The notes under the pieces were generated by a model. It did no database searches, was not told the origin of the DNA, and saw only the letters and a list, made by a program, of their open reading frames with translations. Positions 37,351-47,658 of a stretch of DNA of 64,000 nucleotides are shown piece by piece. The position numbers and the translations under genes are program-made. Origin of the DNA: a bacterium (GTDB lineage Bacteria > UBA8248). The stretch's first letter is position 1, and each line of letters begins with the position of its first letter. Location: positions 96,001 through 160,000 of the forward strand of contig CBDBZY010000044.1 of NCBI GenBank assembly GCA_965213685.1. Direction: 5' to 3'.

Positions 37351-38472
37351 TCAGGCGTGCTCCGCCTCCGTGTAGTCGTCGATGAACGCATCCACCGTCG
37401 CCCGCGTGACGTGCGGCATGGTGATGATGTGGGCGATGTCTCCCAGCGGGGCGATTTGCCACTTGCGCAGGATGTCCTCGGCCGGTCTCGGGAAGACGAC
37501 CGTGACCGAGTTGCTGTGGCGCCACGCGGGAGTCCCCCGGCTGCGAAATCGCTCGACCGCATACTCCGCGACGCCCAGCATCTCCGCCACGATCTTCCGG
37601 AAGCCCTCCATGCCGAGGCACTCGAAGGCGTACCAGAGGATGAGCGGCGTCAGCCCGTTGCGCGACCCGGAGAGCGTGGTGTCCAGCACGCCCACGTATT
37701 CGACCGCCCGCGCGATGCGCGCCGCGTAGTCGCGCCTCGTCAGCGCGACGCCGCAGGGCAGCGGGGAGCCGATGAGCTTGTGGCCGCTGACGGCCACGCT
37801 GTCGAAGCCGGCGTCGAACCCGTAGGGTTGCGGTGCCTCCACGAAGGGGAGGATCATGCCGCTCAGGGCGGCGTCCGCATGAATGTAGGCGTGCGTTACC
37901 GCCAGGTCGTCCAGGATGTCGCGCACCTTGCGCACGTCATCCACGGCTCCCTTCATCGTGCTGCCGACGTTCGCGATGAAAATCACCGGCGCGTCGCGGT
38001 GGATGCGTATCGTCTCGTAGAGGTCGCCGTAGTCTATTTCCCCGTCATCCTGGCTCTTGATCATGATGTTGCGCATGTTCAGGACGCTCAGAATCTTCAG
38101 GACGCTGTAGTGCGTGTCCTGCGAGAAATACACCATGCCGTTCGGGAACAGCTCGCGCCCGAGGTAAAGGCCGTACATGTTGCCCTCGGTGCCGCCGGAG
38201 GTCACATAGCCCCACGCCTGCTCTTGGGGGAGGCGCATCAGACGGGCGAAATGGGCGATCACCTCGCGCTCCGCCTCGTGGGTGTTGCTTTGGAAATTGC
38301 TGTCGTGAAAGGGGTCGCCCACGTTGTTGAGGGAATAGCGGAAGAAGGGCAGCAGCGCCGAGAAGTCGGGCGCCTGGTTGCACGGGTAGCCTATCTGCCG
38401 CCGCGCGAAGCCGTCGAAATCCCGCAGCATGGCGTCGAGGCGCGCTTTGGTCTCCGGAGACGGCTCGCTCAT
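37351..38472 (-). CDS. PLP-dependent histidine/serine decarboxylase
   Basis: GYPCNQ, NNVGDPF, GGTEGN, HYS, HADAAL, SGHKLIGSPLPCG, GSRNG. Confidence 0.88.
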   Translation of the reverse strand: MSEPSPETKARLDAMLRDFDGFARRQIGYPCNQAPDFSALLPFFRYSLNNVGDPFHDSNFQSNTHEAEREVIAHFARLMRLPQEQAWGYVTSGGTEGNMYGLYLGRELFPNGMVYFSQDTHYSVLKILSVLNMRNIMIKSQDDGEIDYGDLYETIRIHRDAPVIFIANVGSTMKGAVDDVRKVRDILDDLAVTHAYIHADAALSGMILPFVEAPQPYGFDAGFDSVAVSGHKLIGSPLPCGVALTRRDYAARIARAVEYVGVLDTTLSGSRNGLTPLILWYAFECLGMEGFRKIVAEMLGVAEYAVERFRSRGTPAWRHSNSVTVVFPRPAEDILRKWQIAPLGDIAHIITMPHVTRATVDAFIDDYTEAEHA

Positions 38473-38694
38473 GGGGTGGAATCCTCATGCTTGCAGGGTG
38501 GAGAGGCCCCCCCGGGCTCCCGGCCCGTCCAGGGTGCGCCACGCTCCCCCGGCAGGAGATAAGAGAGAACGCCCAAAAATTGTATCCCCGCCCAACGGGC
38601 GCGCGCAACCGGGGAGCGGGGGGCGCGCAGGCGGCGGGGCAGGCGGTGAATCGGCGCGGGTTTCGGCGTATCTCCCGTCGCCCTCCCCGAATTG

Positions 38695-38723
38695 TTGACA
38701 CCGCCCGACGCCAGCCGTAAGAT
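38695..38723 (+). promoter_or_regulatory. Sigma70 promoter of nuo operon 1
   Basis: TTGACA-17 bp-TAAGAT about 80 bp upstream of nuoA. Confidence 0.75.
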
Positions 38724-38803
38724 GCGCCTGGTTGCTTGGTGCGGAGTTCTAGACGAGGCGGCAAACGCGGGCGCCGGACGCCCGGGCGTTGCGGAGGCGA
38801 GGG

Positions 38804-39160
38804 ATGCCGGAAGAGTATTTGCCCATATTGATTCTGCTTGCCCTGGCGGTCGGGTTCGCGATCATGAACCTGGGCGTGACGTTTCTGATGGGAAAGCGCA
38901 AGCCCACGGCGGAGAAGGATTTCGCCTATGAGTGCGGCATCGTCCCCGAATCGAACGCGCGCGGGCGCTTCAGCGTCAAATTCTTTCTGGTGGCGATCTT
39001 GTTCATCGTCTTCGACGTGGAGACCATCTTCCTGTATCCGTGGGCGGTGAACCTCCGGAGCCTGGGCGTATACGGGTTCGTCGCGGTTCTGCCCTTCATG
39101 GGCCTGCTGGTGGCCAGCCTGATATACGAATGGCGGCGGGGAGCGCTGGAATGGGACTAG
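38804..39160 (+). CDS. nuoA: NADH-quinone oxidoreductase subunit A (operon 1)
   Basis: YECG, FDVE, GALEWD. Confidence 0.95.
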   Translation: MPEEYLPILILLALAVGFAIMNLGVTFLMGKRKPTAEKDFAYECGIVPESNARGRFSVKFFLVAILFIVFDVETIFLYPWAVNLRSLGVYGFVAVLPFMGLLVASLIYEWRRGALEWD

Positions 39161-39648
39161 AAGAACAGCTGGAGGGACAGCTGGTGCTGGGCCGCGCGAC
39201 CGAGGTGATCAAGTGGGCGCGGCGGAACAGCCTGTGGCCGGCGCTTTTCGGCCTGGCCTGCTGCGCCATCGAGATGATGTCGACCTCGGCGGCGAAATAC
39301 GACATCTCGCGCTTCGGCGCCGAGGTGTTCCGCGCCTCGCCCCGCCAGGCGGATTTGATGATCGTGGCGGGCAGGGTCTCGCGCAAGATGGCGCCCGTGC
39401 TCCGGCAAATTTACGATCAGATGCCCGAGCCGAAGTGGGTGATCTCCATGGGCGCGTGCGCGTCCACGGGCGGGATATTCAACAACTACGCGCTCGTGCA
39501 GGGCGTGGACGAGGTCGTGCCGGTCGACATTTACGTGCCGGGCTGTCCGCCTCGCCCCGAAACCCTCATAGACGGCGTCATGAAGCTCCAGGCGAAGATT
39601 GCGGAGGAGCGGCTCTACCGGGAAGATTCCAGGACCACCTCGCTTTAG
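39151..39648 (+). CDS. nuoB: NADH-quinone oxidoreductase subunit B (operon 1)
   Basis: [22 protein letters not shown]. Confidence 0.95.
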   Translation: MGLEEQLEGQLVLGRATEVIKWARRNSLWPALFGLACCAIEMMSTSAAKYDISRFGAEVFRASPRQADLMIVAGRVSRKMAPVLRQIYDQMPEPKWVISMGACASTGGIFNNYALVQGVDEVVPVDIYVPGCPPRPETLIDGVMKLQAKIAEERLYREDSRTTSL

Positions 39649-39762
39649 CACGATGCCTACGATGCGCGAACGCTCCCCGCGCCGCGCGAGCGGGAAATCG
39701 ACGCGAGGACGGGGGGACGCTCTCTGCGCGCGATGCGGGAGTCCACGCGGGAAGGATGAGGA

Positions 39763-40332
39763 GTGAGGCCGTTGGCGGAAGAGCGGCGAGAGGGCGCCGG
39801 GGCGCGGGAGCCCGTCGAGAAAAAAGACCCCGACCTCGTTTTGTTGCGAGCGAAAATCGGCCGGGGCTTTCTGGGTGCCCGGGCGCATCGCGGCCAGATG
39901 TCCGCGCAGGTCGCGCCGGACGCCCTGCCGGAGGCGGCGCGCTTCCTGCGCGATGAGCGGGGGTTTCGGCTCTTGAGCTTCGTTTGCGGGGTGGATTGCC
40001 TGGAGTTGCCGGTTCCCTATCGCTTCAAGGTGACGTATGCGCTCCTGAACCCGGAGAGGGCGCGCCGCCTGCGCGTCGAGGTGCCCTGCGCGGACGATCT
40101 CGAACCGGCGGTACCCAGCGTCTGCGGGATATGGCCGGGCGCCAGGCTTCACGAGAGCGAGGCGTACGACCTGTTGGGGATCGCCTTCGAGGGACACCCC
40201 GGGCTGGAGCGCATCCTCACCCCCGAGGGGTTCGAGGGACATCCCCACCGCAAGGACTTCGACATCGCCGCCGAGCCGGTGGCGTTCACGTTCCGGGACA
40301 CGCCCGCGGGCAAGCCTAGAGCGGTGGAGTGA
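39763..40332 (+). CDS. nuoC: NADH-quinone oxidoreductase subunit C (operon 1)
   Basis: ESEAYDLLGIAFEGHP.L.RIL...GHPHRKDF; start uncertain. Confidence 0.9.
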   Translation: MRPLAEERREGAGAREPVEKKDPDLVLLRAKIGRGFLGARAHRGQMSAQVAPDALPEAARFLRDERGFRLLSFVCGVDCLELPVPYRFKVTYALLNPERARRLRVEVPCADDLEPAVPSVCGIWPGARLHESEAYDLLGIAFEGHPGLERILTPEGFEGHPHRKDFDIAAEPVAFTFRDTPAGKPRAVE

Positions 40333-40348
40333 TTATCGGGAGGCCCTG

Positions 40349-41572
40349 ATGGCCACGGAAGCGCAGCAGAGGAGCCCCCTCGACAGCGACATGCTCGGCC
40401 CGATACAGACCGAGACGATGACGCTCAACATGGGGCCGCAGCACCCGAGCACGCACGGGGTCCTGCGCGTGGTGCTCGAACTCGACGGCGAGACGGTGCT
40501 CTCCTGCAAGCCGGTCATCGGCTACCTGCACACCGGCATCGAGAAGAACATGGAGGAGAAAACCTACAACAAGGCCCTCCCCATGACGGACCGCATGGAC
40601 TACCTGGCGCCGATGTCGAACAACCTGGGCTTCGTGCTGGCTGTGGAGAAGCTCCTCGCACTGGAGGTGCCCCGCCGCTGTCGCTACCTGCGCGTGCTGC
40701 TCGCGGAGATGACGCGCCTGAACAGCCACCTCGTCTGGCTGGGCACCCACGCCCTCGACCTGGGGGCGATGACGGTCTTTTTGTATTGCTTCCGCGAGCG
40801 CGAGCAGCTTCTCAGGATTTTCGAGAAGGTCGCCGGCGTGCGCATGATGACGAGCTATTTTCGGGTGGGCGGCGTCGCCCGGGAGCCGTATGCGGCGTTC
40901 TATGGGGATTGCCGGAGTTTTCTGGACCCCTTCCCCGATCGCGTGGACGAATATGAGGAGCTGCTCACGAACAACCCCATCTACAGGAGGCGCGCGGAGG
41001 GCGTCTGCGCCATGACGGCCGAGGAGGCCTGCGCACTCGGCGTCACGGGGCCGCTGCTCCGGGCCTGCGGCGTTTCCTACGACATCCGCAAGAACGAGCC
41101 CTATTCGGGCTATGAGGAGTTCGACTTCGAGGTTCCCGTGGGCGAGCGGGGCGATATTCTGGACAGGTATCTGGTGCGGATCGCCGAGATGCGCCAGTCC
41201 AGGCGCATCGCCGTGCAGGCACTCGAGGGAATGCCCGAGGGACCCCTCATGGCGGACAACCCCAAGGTGGTGCCGCCGCCCAAGGAGCAGCTCGCCCATG
41301 ACATGGAGGCGCTGATTCACCACTTCAAGATATTCACCGAGGGCTACAGCGTGCCCGAGGGCGAGGTCTATCACGCCATCGAGTCCCCCCGGGGCGAGCT
41401 GGGCTATTACATCATCAGCGACGGGAGCCCGAGCCCCTACAAGGTAAAGGTGCGCGCGCCGAGTTTTGCGAATCTTCACGCCCTCTCCGAGATCACCCGG
41501 GGAGGACTCATGGGCGACGTCGTGGCCGCCATCGGCAGCATCGACATCGTGCTGGGCGAGATAGATCGATAA
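40349..41572 (+). CDS. nuoD: NADH-quinone oxidoreductase subunit D (operon 1)
   Basis: NMGPQHPSTHGVLR, GYLH, DIVLGEIDR. Confidence 0.95.
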   Translation: MATEAQQRSPLDSDMLGPIQTETMTLNMGPQHPSTHGVLRVVLELDGETVLSCKPVIGYLHTGIEKNMEEKTYNKALPMTDRMDYLAPMSNNLGFVLAVEKLLALEVPRRCRYLRVLLAEMTRLNSHLVWLGTHALDLGAMTVFLYCFREREQLLRIFEKVAGVRMMTSYFRVGGVAREPYAAFYGDCRSFLDPFPDRVDEYEELLTNNPIYRRRAEGVCAMTAEEACALGVTGPLLRACGVSYDIRKNEPYSGYEEFDFEVPVGERGDILDRYLVRIAEMRQSRRIAVQALEGMPEGPLMADNPKVVPPPKEQLAHDMEALIHHFKIFTEGYSVPEGEVYHAIESPRGELGYYIISDGSPSPYKVKVRAPSFANLHALSEITRGGLMGDVVAAIGSIDIVLGEIDR

Positions 41573-41591
41573 GCAGAGGAAGAGTGTTTTT

Positions 41592-42191
41592 GTGGCGTTG
41601 ATACGGTTTCCCCATTCCGAGGAGGACGAGCGTTTCGAGTTCTCGCCGGAGAATCGCGCGGAGCTGGACCGCGTGATCGCCAAATATCCGGTCAAGCGCT
41701 CCGCCCTCATCCCCGCGCTGCAGCTGGCCCAGAAGCAGGCGGGCTTCATCACCAGCGCGGCCATGCGGCACGTGGCCGGCATTTTCGACGTCTCCCCCAT
41801 GGAGGTGTGGGGGGTGGTGAGCTTCTACACCATGCTCAAGACCCGGCCCGTCGGGGAGTTCCACGTGCAGGTGTGCAACAACCTCTCCTGCGCGCTGATG
41901 GGGGCGGGCAGGCTGCTGCGGTGGATTGAAAAACGCCTGGATTGCGAGGCCGGCCAGACGCGCGCGGACGGGAGGTTCTCGGTCGAGGCGGTCGAATGCC
42001 TGGGCGCCTGCGGCGGCGCGCCCTGCGTGCAAATCAACGAGGATTATTTTGAGGGCGCAACGCCCGAGCTCATGGAGGAGATTCTGGGCGCGCTGGAAAG
42101 GGGCGAGGCCGTCTCGCCGGTCGGGGCGGATGCGGTGGTCTCGCCCGCCGTCGCTGGGGCTGAGGAGCCGGCCGGCGGCGCGGAAGGCTAA
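41592..42191 (+). CDS. nuoE: NADH-quinone oxidoreductase subunit E
   Basis: CNNLSC...ECLGAC 2Fe-2S motif. Confidence 0.95.
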   Translation: MALIRFPHSEEDERFEFSPENRAELDRVIAKYPVKRSALIPALQLAQKQAGFITSAAMRHVAGIFDVSPMEVWGVVSFYTMLKTRPVGEFHVQVCNNLSCALMGAGRLLRWIEKRLDCEAGQTRADGRFSVEAVECLGACGGAPCVQINEDYFEGATPELMEEILGALERGEAVSPVGADAVVSPAVAGAEEPAGGAEG

Positions 42192-42203
42192 GGGGAGCGA
42201 AGG

Positions 42204-43508
42204 ATGGCGCTGGTTTTGGAGAAAATCGTGACGGGCCGCTTCGACAATTCCGCCGCCCCCCATATCGCGGGCTACGAGGCCTCGAGTGGGTATGAGGCGA
42301 TTCGGCGGCTCCTCGGTGGGGTCGCGCCCGCCGACGTCGTCGAACTCGTCAAGGCGTCGGGCCTGCGCGGACGCGGCGGGGCGGGCTTTCCCTGCGGCCT
42401 GAAGTGGAGTTTCGTGCCCCAGGTGGAGGGGCCGAAATACCTGGCCGTCAACGCGGACGAGGGGGAGCCCGGCACGTTCAAGGATCGGGAGTTGATGCTG
42501 CGCGACCCGCACCAGCTCATCGAGGGCATCCTCATCGCCTGCTACGCCGTGGGGATTGAGAAGGCCTACGTCTACATCCGGGGCGAGTTCGTCGCCCCCT
42601 GGCGCGCGGTGGAAAGAGCCCTGGCCGAAGCCTACGAGAGGGGATACGTCGGCCAGAACATTCTGGGCAGCGGCTTTTCGTGCGACATTTACACCCACCG
42701 GGGGGCCGGCGCCTACATTTGCGGCGAAGAGACGGGGCTGCTGGAATCGCTCGAGGGCAAGCGCGGACACCCGCGCCTCAAGCCGCCGTTTCCGGCGGTC
42801 GTCGGCCTCTATGCGCGGCCCACGGTCATCAACAACGTGGAGACCCTCTCGAACCTCCCCCACATCGTGAACAGGGGGGCGGAATGGTTCTCGGGCATCG
42901 GGATCGACGAGAAGAACGCGGGCACCCGCATGTATTGCGTCTCGGGACATGTGGCGAAGCCGGGCCTGTATGAGCTGCCGCTCGGCCTGACGTGCGAGGA
43001 GATGATTCACGAGCACTGCGGCGGGATGCGCGACGACGCCGCGCTCAAGGCGGTGATTCCCGGCGGTGCGAGCGCGCCCGTGCTCACCGCGCAGGAGGTG
43101 TATGAGGACAAGGTGACGATGGATTTCGACTCCCTCGCGCGGGCGGGCAGCATGGGCGGCAGCGGCGGCGTCATCGTCATGGACGAGACCACGTGCATGG
43201 TGCAGGCCGCGGGCCGGCTCGCCGCTTTTTTCGAGCACGAATCCTGCGGGCAGTGCTCCGTGTGCCGGGAGGGAACCGGCTGGGTTTCGGAGATACTCGG
43301 CCGCCTGGAGAGGGGCGCGGGAAGGGACGATGACCTGGAGACGCTCGCGTCGATCGACCCCAACATGCGGGGCAACACCATCTGCGTCCTCTCGGATGCG
43401 TGCGCCATGATGTTCGGCGCGTTCCTGGGGAAGTTTCGCGACGAGTTTGAAGCGCACATCTCTCTGGGCCGCTGTCCGCTGGGCAGCCCGTATCCCGCCG
43501 CGCTGTAG
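42204..43508 (+). CDS. nuoF: NADH-quinone oxidoreductase subunit F
   Basis: GRGGAGF, NADEGEPG, GAGAYICGEET, ESCGQCSVC. Confidence 0.96.
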   Translation: MALVLEKIVTGRFDNSAAPHIAGYEASSGYEAIRRLLGGVAPADVVELVKASGLRGRGGAGFPCGLKWSFVPQVEGPKYLAVNADEGEPGTFKDRELMLRDPHQLIEGILIACYAVGIEKAYVYIRGEFVAPWRAVERALAEAYERGYVGQNILGSGFSCDIYTHRGAGAYICGEETGLLESLEGKRGHPRLKPPFPAVVGLYARPTVINNVETLSNLPHIVNRGAEWFSGIGIDEKNAGTRMYCVSGHVAKPGLYELPLGLTCEEMIHEHCGGMRDDAALKAVIPGGASAPVLTAQEVYEDKVTMDFDSLARAGSMGGSGGVIVMDETTCMVQAAGRLAAFFEHESCGQCSVCREGTGWVSEILGRLERGAGRDDDLETLASIDPNMRGNTICVLSDACAMMFGAFLGKFRDEFEAHISLGRCPLGSPYPAAL

Positions 43509-43526
43509 ATGGGGAGAGGCGATTCG

Positions 43527-46124
43527 ATGCCGAATGCGCAGGTAACGTTCGTGTTCAACGACCAGAGCGTCACCGTGGAGAGGGGCCTGCCCGTCCTGGA
43601 GGCGGCCCTCCGGACGGGCGCGCACATTCCGCATTTTTGCTATCACAAGAACCTCTCCATCGTGGGGCAGTGCCGCGCCTGTCTCGTGGAGGTGCTGGAC
43701 GCCGGCAACGGCCGGCCGATACCGAAACTCCAGCCCTCCTGCGCCACGCCGGCGGCCGAGGGGATGGTGGTCAGCTCGCAGACCCCGCGCGTCATCGAGG
43801 CGCAGGAGGGGGTGTTCGAGTTCCTGCTGAAAAACCACCCCCTCGATTGTCCGGTCTGCGATCAGGGCGGGGAATGCCCCCTCCAGGATCAGACCATGGC
43901 CTACGGCAAGGCGGTGAGCAGGACGCACGAGTTTCGCCGCGTGTATCCGCACAAGGAGATCAGCCCCTTCATCAAGCCGGAGATGAACCGCTGCGTGCAC
44001 TGCACCCGCTGCGTCCGCTTCGCCGAGGAGATCGACGGGGGCGCGGAGTTCGGCTGGGCACAGCGGGGCGACCGCACGGAGATCGGCATCTTCGAGGACT
44101 TGCCGCTGACGAGCGTCGTATCCGGCAACGTCATCGACATTTGCCCCGTCGGCGCGCTGACGGACAACAAGTATCGCTTCACCGCGCGCGTCTGGGAGAT
44201 GCGCGAGACCGAGGGGCCCTGCGCGTTGTGCAGCGTGGGCTGCCGCCAGAGCGTCTGGACGAAGGATGGCGAGATCAAGCGCGTGACGGCGGCGGAAAAC
44301 CCCCGGGTCAACGACACGTGGATTTGCGACGTCGCGCGCTACGGCTGGAGCGGGGCGCATGGCGGGGGGCGCGTCACCCGGCCGATGATTCGCAGGGACG
44401 GGCACCTGGTGCCGGTCGGCTGGGCGGAGGCGATCGGCGAGGTGGCCGCGCGCCTCGGCGCCATCCTGGCGAAGGAGGGCGGCCGTGCGATCGCCGGTTT
44501 GGGCGGCGCTTCCTCCACGAACGAGACCGCGTATCAGTTCGGCGCGTTCATGCGCTCGGTTCTGGGAACCAACCACCTCGACAGCCGGCTTCATCCGCGC
44601 GACATCGCGCAGACGGACGTCCAGCGCGCGGCCTTCGGCGGCGTCGGCGGCGTCGGCACCATAGAGCGTCTGGGCCGCTCGAAGGCCATTCTCATCGTGG
44701 GGAGCGACCCGTTCGCCCAGCATCCGATACTCGCGCTCCAGATCAGGAAGGCGCACAGGGCGGGCGCCGTCATCGTCAACGTGAACCAGAGGCGCATCGA
44801 CCTGCGCGTCTCGGGACGGACCCATCATCTGGTGCCCCTGCCGGGGGGCGTCTCGCGCACGCTGCGGGCGCTGGCGAAATGCCTTCTGGACGGCGGCGCG
44901 AAGCCGGAGGGGGCGAACGCGGATGCGTACGCAGGCCTCCTCGCCGATGCGGACGCGCACCGCCTCTGCGAGGAGGCAGACGTGGCGAGCGGCGACGTCA
45001 TGGCCGCGGCCGCGGCGATTCTCGAGGCGGGCGGCGAGGCGAGCGTGCTCTCCGGCCCGGGGGAGACGGGGCGGGTCGCCGTCTCGGAGGCGGTGAACCT
45101 GGGGCTGCTGCTTCGCGCCAACGCGCTTTTCGCGGCTGGCTCCCCGAACCTCCAGGGAGCGATGGACATGGGGCTGCACCCCGAGGCATTGCCCGGGGGC
45201 CGCTTCTCGGACGAGGGCGCGCGCGCCGCCTGCGAGGCGGCCTGGGGCAGGCCGCTGAACCCGGAGGCCGGGAAGGACGCGAACGGCATCCTCGAGGGAC
45301 TCCGGCGCGGGGATTTGAAAGGGCTGTATCTTCTGGGGTGCGACCCGGTGGCGGAGCGTCCGGACGGCGCGCGCGCGCGCGAGGCGCTGGCCGCGGCCGG
45401 TTTCGTCGCGCTGCAGACCTCCCACCTCAACGCGAGCGCCGAGTTCGCCGACGTTGTCATTCCCGCGCCGACGCTGTATGAGGAGGCGGGAAGCCTCACG
45501 AACCTGGAGCGCAGGGCGCAGCGCCTGGACCGCACCCTCAGACCGACGCTCGACAAGATGACGCCCGAGGCGTGGCGGGCGTTGGCCGATATCGCCAAGG
45601 CGATGGAGCGGCCCCTGCGGGCGGCCTCCCTGGAGCGGATTCAGTCCCAGGCGCGGGTGCTGCTCCCCGATTACGCGAACGCCTTTGGCCGCATCCCCGA
45701 GGAGGGGCTGCACCTGGGCAGGCCGGGGAGGGGGACCTATCAGTTGACGCGGATTCCGGAGAAAGAGGCGCCCGCCCCGGGCTTGCGCATGCTTCTGACG
45801 CCCGTCTTGTGGCTCTCGGGGGCGTATGCGGCGTCGGCGCATCACCTGGCCGACATGCCCGGGGCCGCCCTCGCCCTCTCGCCGACCGACGCGGAGAGCC
45901 TGGGCCTGGCGGATGGGGACGTCGTGGAATTCGAGGCGGGCGGCGAGGCCGTCACCCTCCCCATACGGACCGACGGGAACGCGCCCGTGGGCGTCGCCTT
46001 CGCCCCGGAGGGGTATTTGCGCGCGCACGGGGGTTCTGTCCTCAACGCGGGCGACGCGCCGGGCCGCCAGGGGGTGCGGATTCGGGTGCGAAAAGCGGCG
46101 GGTGCGCAGGAGGCGGGGGCGTAG
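43527..46124 (+). CDS. nuoG: NADH-quinone oxidoreductase subunit G (includes N7 cluster motif)
   Basis: HFCYH...CRAC, HPLDCPVCDQGGEC, CVHCTRC, CALCSVGC...WICD. Confidence 0.95.
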   Translation: MPNAQVTFVFNDQSVTVERGLPVLEAALRTGAHIPHFCYHKNLSIVGQCRACLVEVLDAGNGRPIPKLQPSCATPAAEGMVVSSQTPRVIEAQEGVFEFLLKNHPLDCPVCDQGGECPLQDQTMAYGKAVSRTHEFRRVYPHKEISPFIKPEMNRCVHCTRCVRFAEEIDGGAEFGWAQRGDRTEIGIFEDLPLTSVVSGNVIDICPVGALTDNKYRFTARVWEMRETEGPCALCSVGCRQSVWTKDGEIKRVTAAENPRVNDTWICDVARYGWSGAHGGGRVTRPMIRRDGHLVPVGWAEAIGEVAARLGAILAKEGGRAIAGLGGASSTNETAYQFGAFMRSVLGTNHLDSRLHPRDIAQTDVQRAAFGGVGGVGTIERLGRSKAILIVGSDPFAQHPILALQIRKAHRAGAVIVNVNQRRIDLRVSGRTHHLVPLPGGVSRTLRALAKCLLDGGAKPEGANADAYAGLLADADAHRLCEEADVASGDVMAAAAAILEAGGEASVLSGPGETGRVAVSEAVNLGLLLRANALFAAGSPNLQGAMDMGLHPEALPGGRFSDEGARAACEAAWGRPLNPEAGKDANGILEGLRRGDLKGLYLLGCDPVAERPDGARAREALAAAGFVALQTSHLNASAEFADVVIPAPTLYEEAGSLTNLERRAQRLDRTLRPTLDKMTPEAWRALADIAKAMERPLRAASLERIQSQARVLLPDYANAFGRIPEEGLHLGRPGRGTYQLTRIPEKEAPAPGLRMLLTPVLWLSGAYAASAHHLADMPGAALALSPTDAESLGLADGDVVEFEAGGEAVTLPIRTDGNAPVGVAFAPEGYLRAHGGSVLNAGDAPGRQGVRIRVRKAAGAQEAGA

Positions 46125-46126
46125 GG

Positions 46127-47107
46127 ATGGTTTCGCTGGTCATCGTCATCGGGAAGGTGCTCGTGGGCTTTGGCGGGCTTTTGCTGCTCGCCGCCTACAT
46201 GACCTGGATGGAGCGCCGCGTGTTCGCGCTCGTGCAGGTGCGCGTGGGGCCCAACCGGGTGGGTCCGGCGGGGCTGCTTCAGCCCATCGCCGACGGCATC
46301 AAGCTCATGTTCAAGGAGAGCATCATTCCCGATCAGGCCGACAAGGCGATTTACGTTCTGGCGCCGGCCATCACGCTCATCCCGGCGCTGGCCGCCTTCG
46401 CCGTGGTGCCCTTCGGGGATTCCGTGACGGTGCTCGGCCAGAAGGTGGATCTGGTGCTGGCCGACGTCAACGTCGGCATCCTCTACGTCTTCGCCCTGGC
46501 GGGCATCGGCGTGTATGGCATCGTGCTCGGCTCCTGGGCGTCGAACAGCAAGTATCCGCTCTTGGGCGGGTTGCGCTCGGCGGCGCAGCTGATCAGCTAC
46601 GAGCTGTCGCTCGGCATGTCGCTTCTGGGCGTCGTCATGCTCTCGGGCACCCTGAGCCTCAAGGGAATCGTGGACGCCCAGGCCTCCATGCCCTACGTCG
46701 TCTTGCAGCCCCTGGGCTTCTTGCTCTTCATCATCTGCATGCTGGCGGAGACGAACCGCGCGCCCTTCGATTTGCCCGAGGCCGAAAGCGAACTCACCGG
46801 CGGCTTTCACACCGAATACAGCAGCATGCACTTCGCGATTTATTTCCTCGCCGAGTATTGCAGCATGATCACGCTCTCGGCCGTGGGCGCGACCTTTTTC
46901 CTGGGCGGATGGCGCGGGCCGCTGCTGCCGCCCGTCGCGTGGTTCCTGATCAAGGTGCTGGCGTTCATGTTCTTCTTCATGTGGCTACGCGCCTCCACGC
47001 CGCGCCTGCGCTATGACCAGCTGATGGGCTTCGGGTGGAAGGTGCTCCTGCCGCTGGCCATCCTGAACGTGGTGCTCACGGCCGGCGCAATCGTTTTCAT
47101 AGGCTAG
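46127..47107 (+). CDS. nuoH: NADH-quinone oxidoreductase subunit H (operon 1)
   Basis: [29 protein letters not shown]. Confidence 0.95.
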   Translation: MVSLVIVIGKVLVGFGGLLLLAAYMTWMERRVFALVQVRVGPNRVGPAGLLQPIADGIKLMFKESIIPDQADKAIYVLAPAITLIPALAAFAVVPFGDSVTVLGQKVDLVLADVNVGILYVFALAGIGVYGIVLGSWASNSKYPLLGGLRSAAQLISYELSLGMSLLGVVMLSGTLSLKGIVDAQASMPYVVLQPLGFLLFIICMLAETNRAPFDLPEAESELTGGFHTEYSSMHFAIYFLAEYCSMITLSAVGATFFLGGWRGPLLPPVAWFLIKVLAFMFFFMWLRASTPRLRYDQLMGFGWKVLLPLAILNVVLTAGAIVFIG

Positions 47108-47133
47108 CGGGCCGCTCGCATGGGAGGGGTGTC

Positions 47134-47613
47134 ATGTTAGGCGAGATTTTCAGGGGATTGTGGCTGACGCTGCGGCACTCCTTCAAGAGCCGGGAGACGG
47201 TGCAGTACCCCGACGCGAGGGAGGAGATGCCCGTGGGCTACCGCGGCCTGCACAAGCTGCTGCGGTGGGAGGACGGCCTGGAGCGTTGCGTGGGCTGCAA
47301 GCTCTGCTCGGCGGCGTGTCCGGTGGACTGCATCTACGTGGAGTCGGAGGAGAACGACCCCTCGGCGCCCACCTCGAAGGGCGAGCGCTACGCCAGCGTG
47401 TACGAGATCAACGAACTGCGCTGCATCTTTTGCGGATACTGCGAGGAGGCCTGCCCGGTCGGCGCGGTCGTTCTGGGCAACGAATACGAATTTTGCCAGG
47501 ACGACCGAGGCAAGTTCCTCTACGCCAAGGACGACTTGCTGGTGGGGCGGACGGCGGACTATCCGGAGCTGCACGCCCGCTATGACGAGAAAAACCTGCT
47601 CACGTATGTCTAG
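47134..47613 (+). CDS. nuoI: NADH-quinone oxidoreductase subunit I
   Basis: CVGCKLCSAACP and CIFCGYCEEACP. Confidence 0.95.
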   Translation: MLGEIFRGLWLTLRHSFKSRETVQYPDAREEMPVGYRGLHKLLRWEDGLERCVGCKLCSAACPVDCIYVESEENDPSAPTSKGERYASVYEINELRCIFCGYCEEACPVGAVVLGNEYEFCQDDRGKFLYAKDDLLVGRTADYPELHARYDEKNLLTYV

Positions 47614-47658
47614 GGTTCGATTGCAAGCGGGCGCCCGCCCGCTGGAGGATGGGCGGTA

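Noticed and set aside
39649-39762. Small gene or RNA between nuoB1 and nuoC1
   Set aside because: No convincing ORF or structure; probably spacer or nuoC start uncertainty.
44218-44330. Extra Cys motif in NuoG
   Set aside because: This is the known N7 cluster motif.
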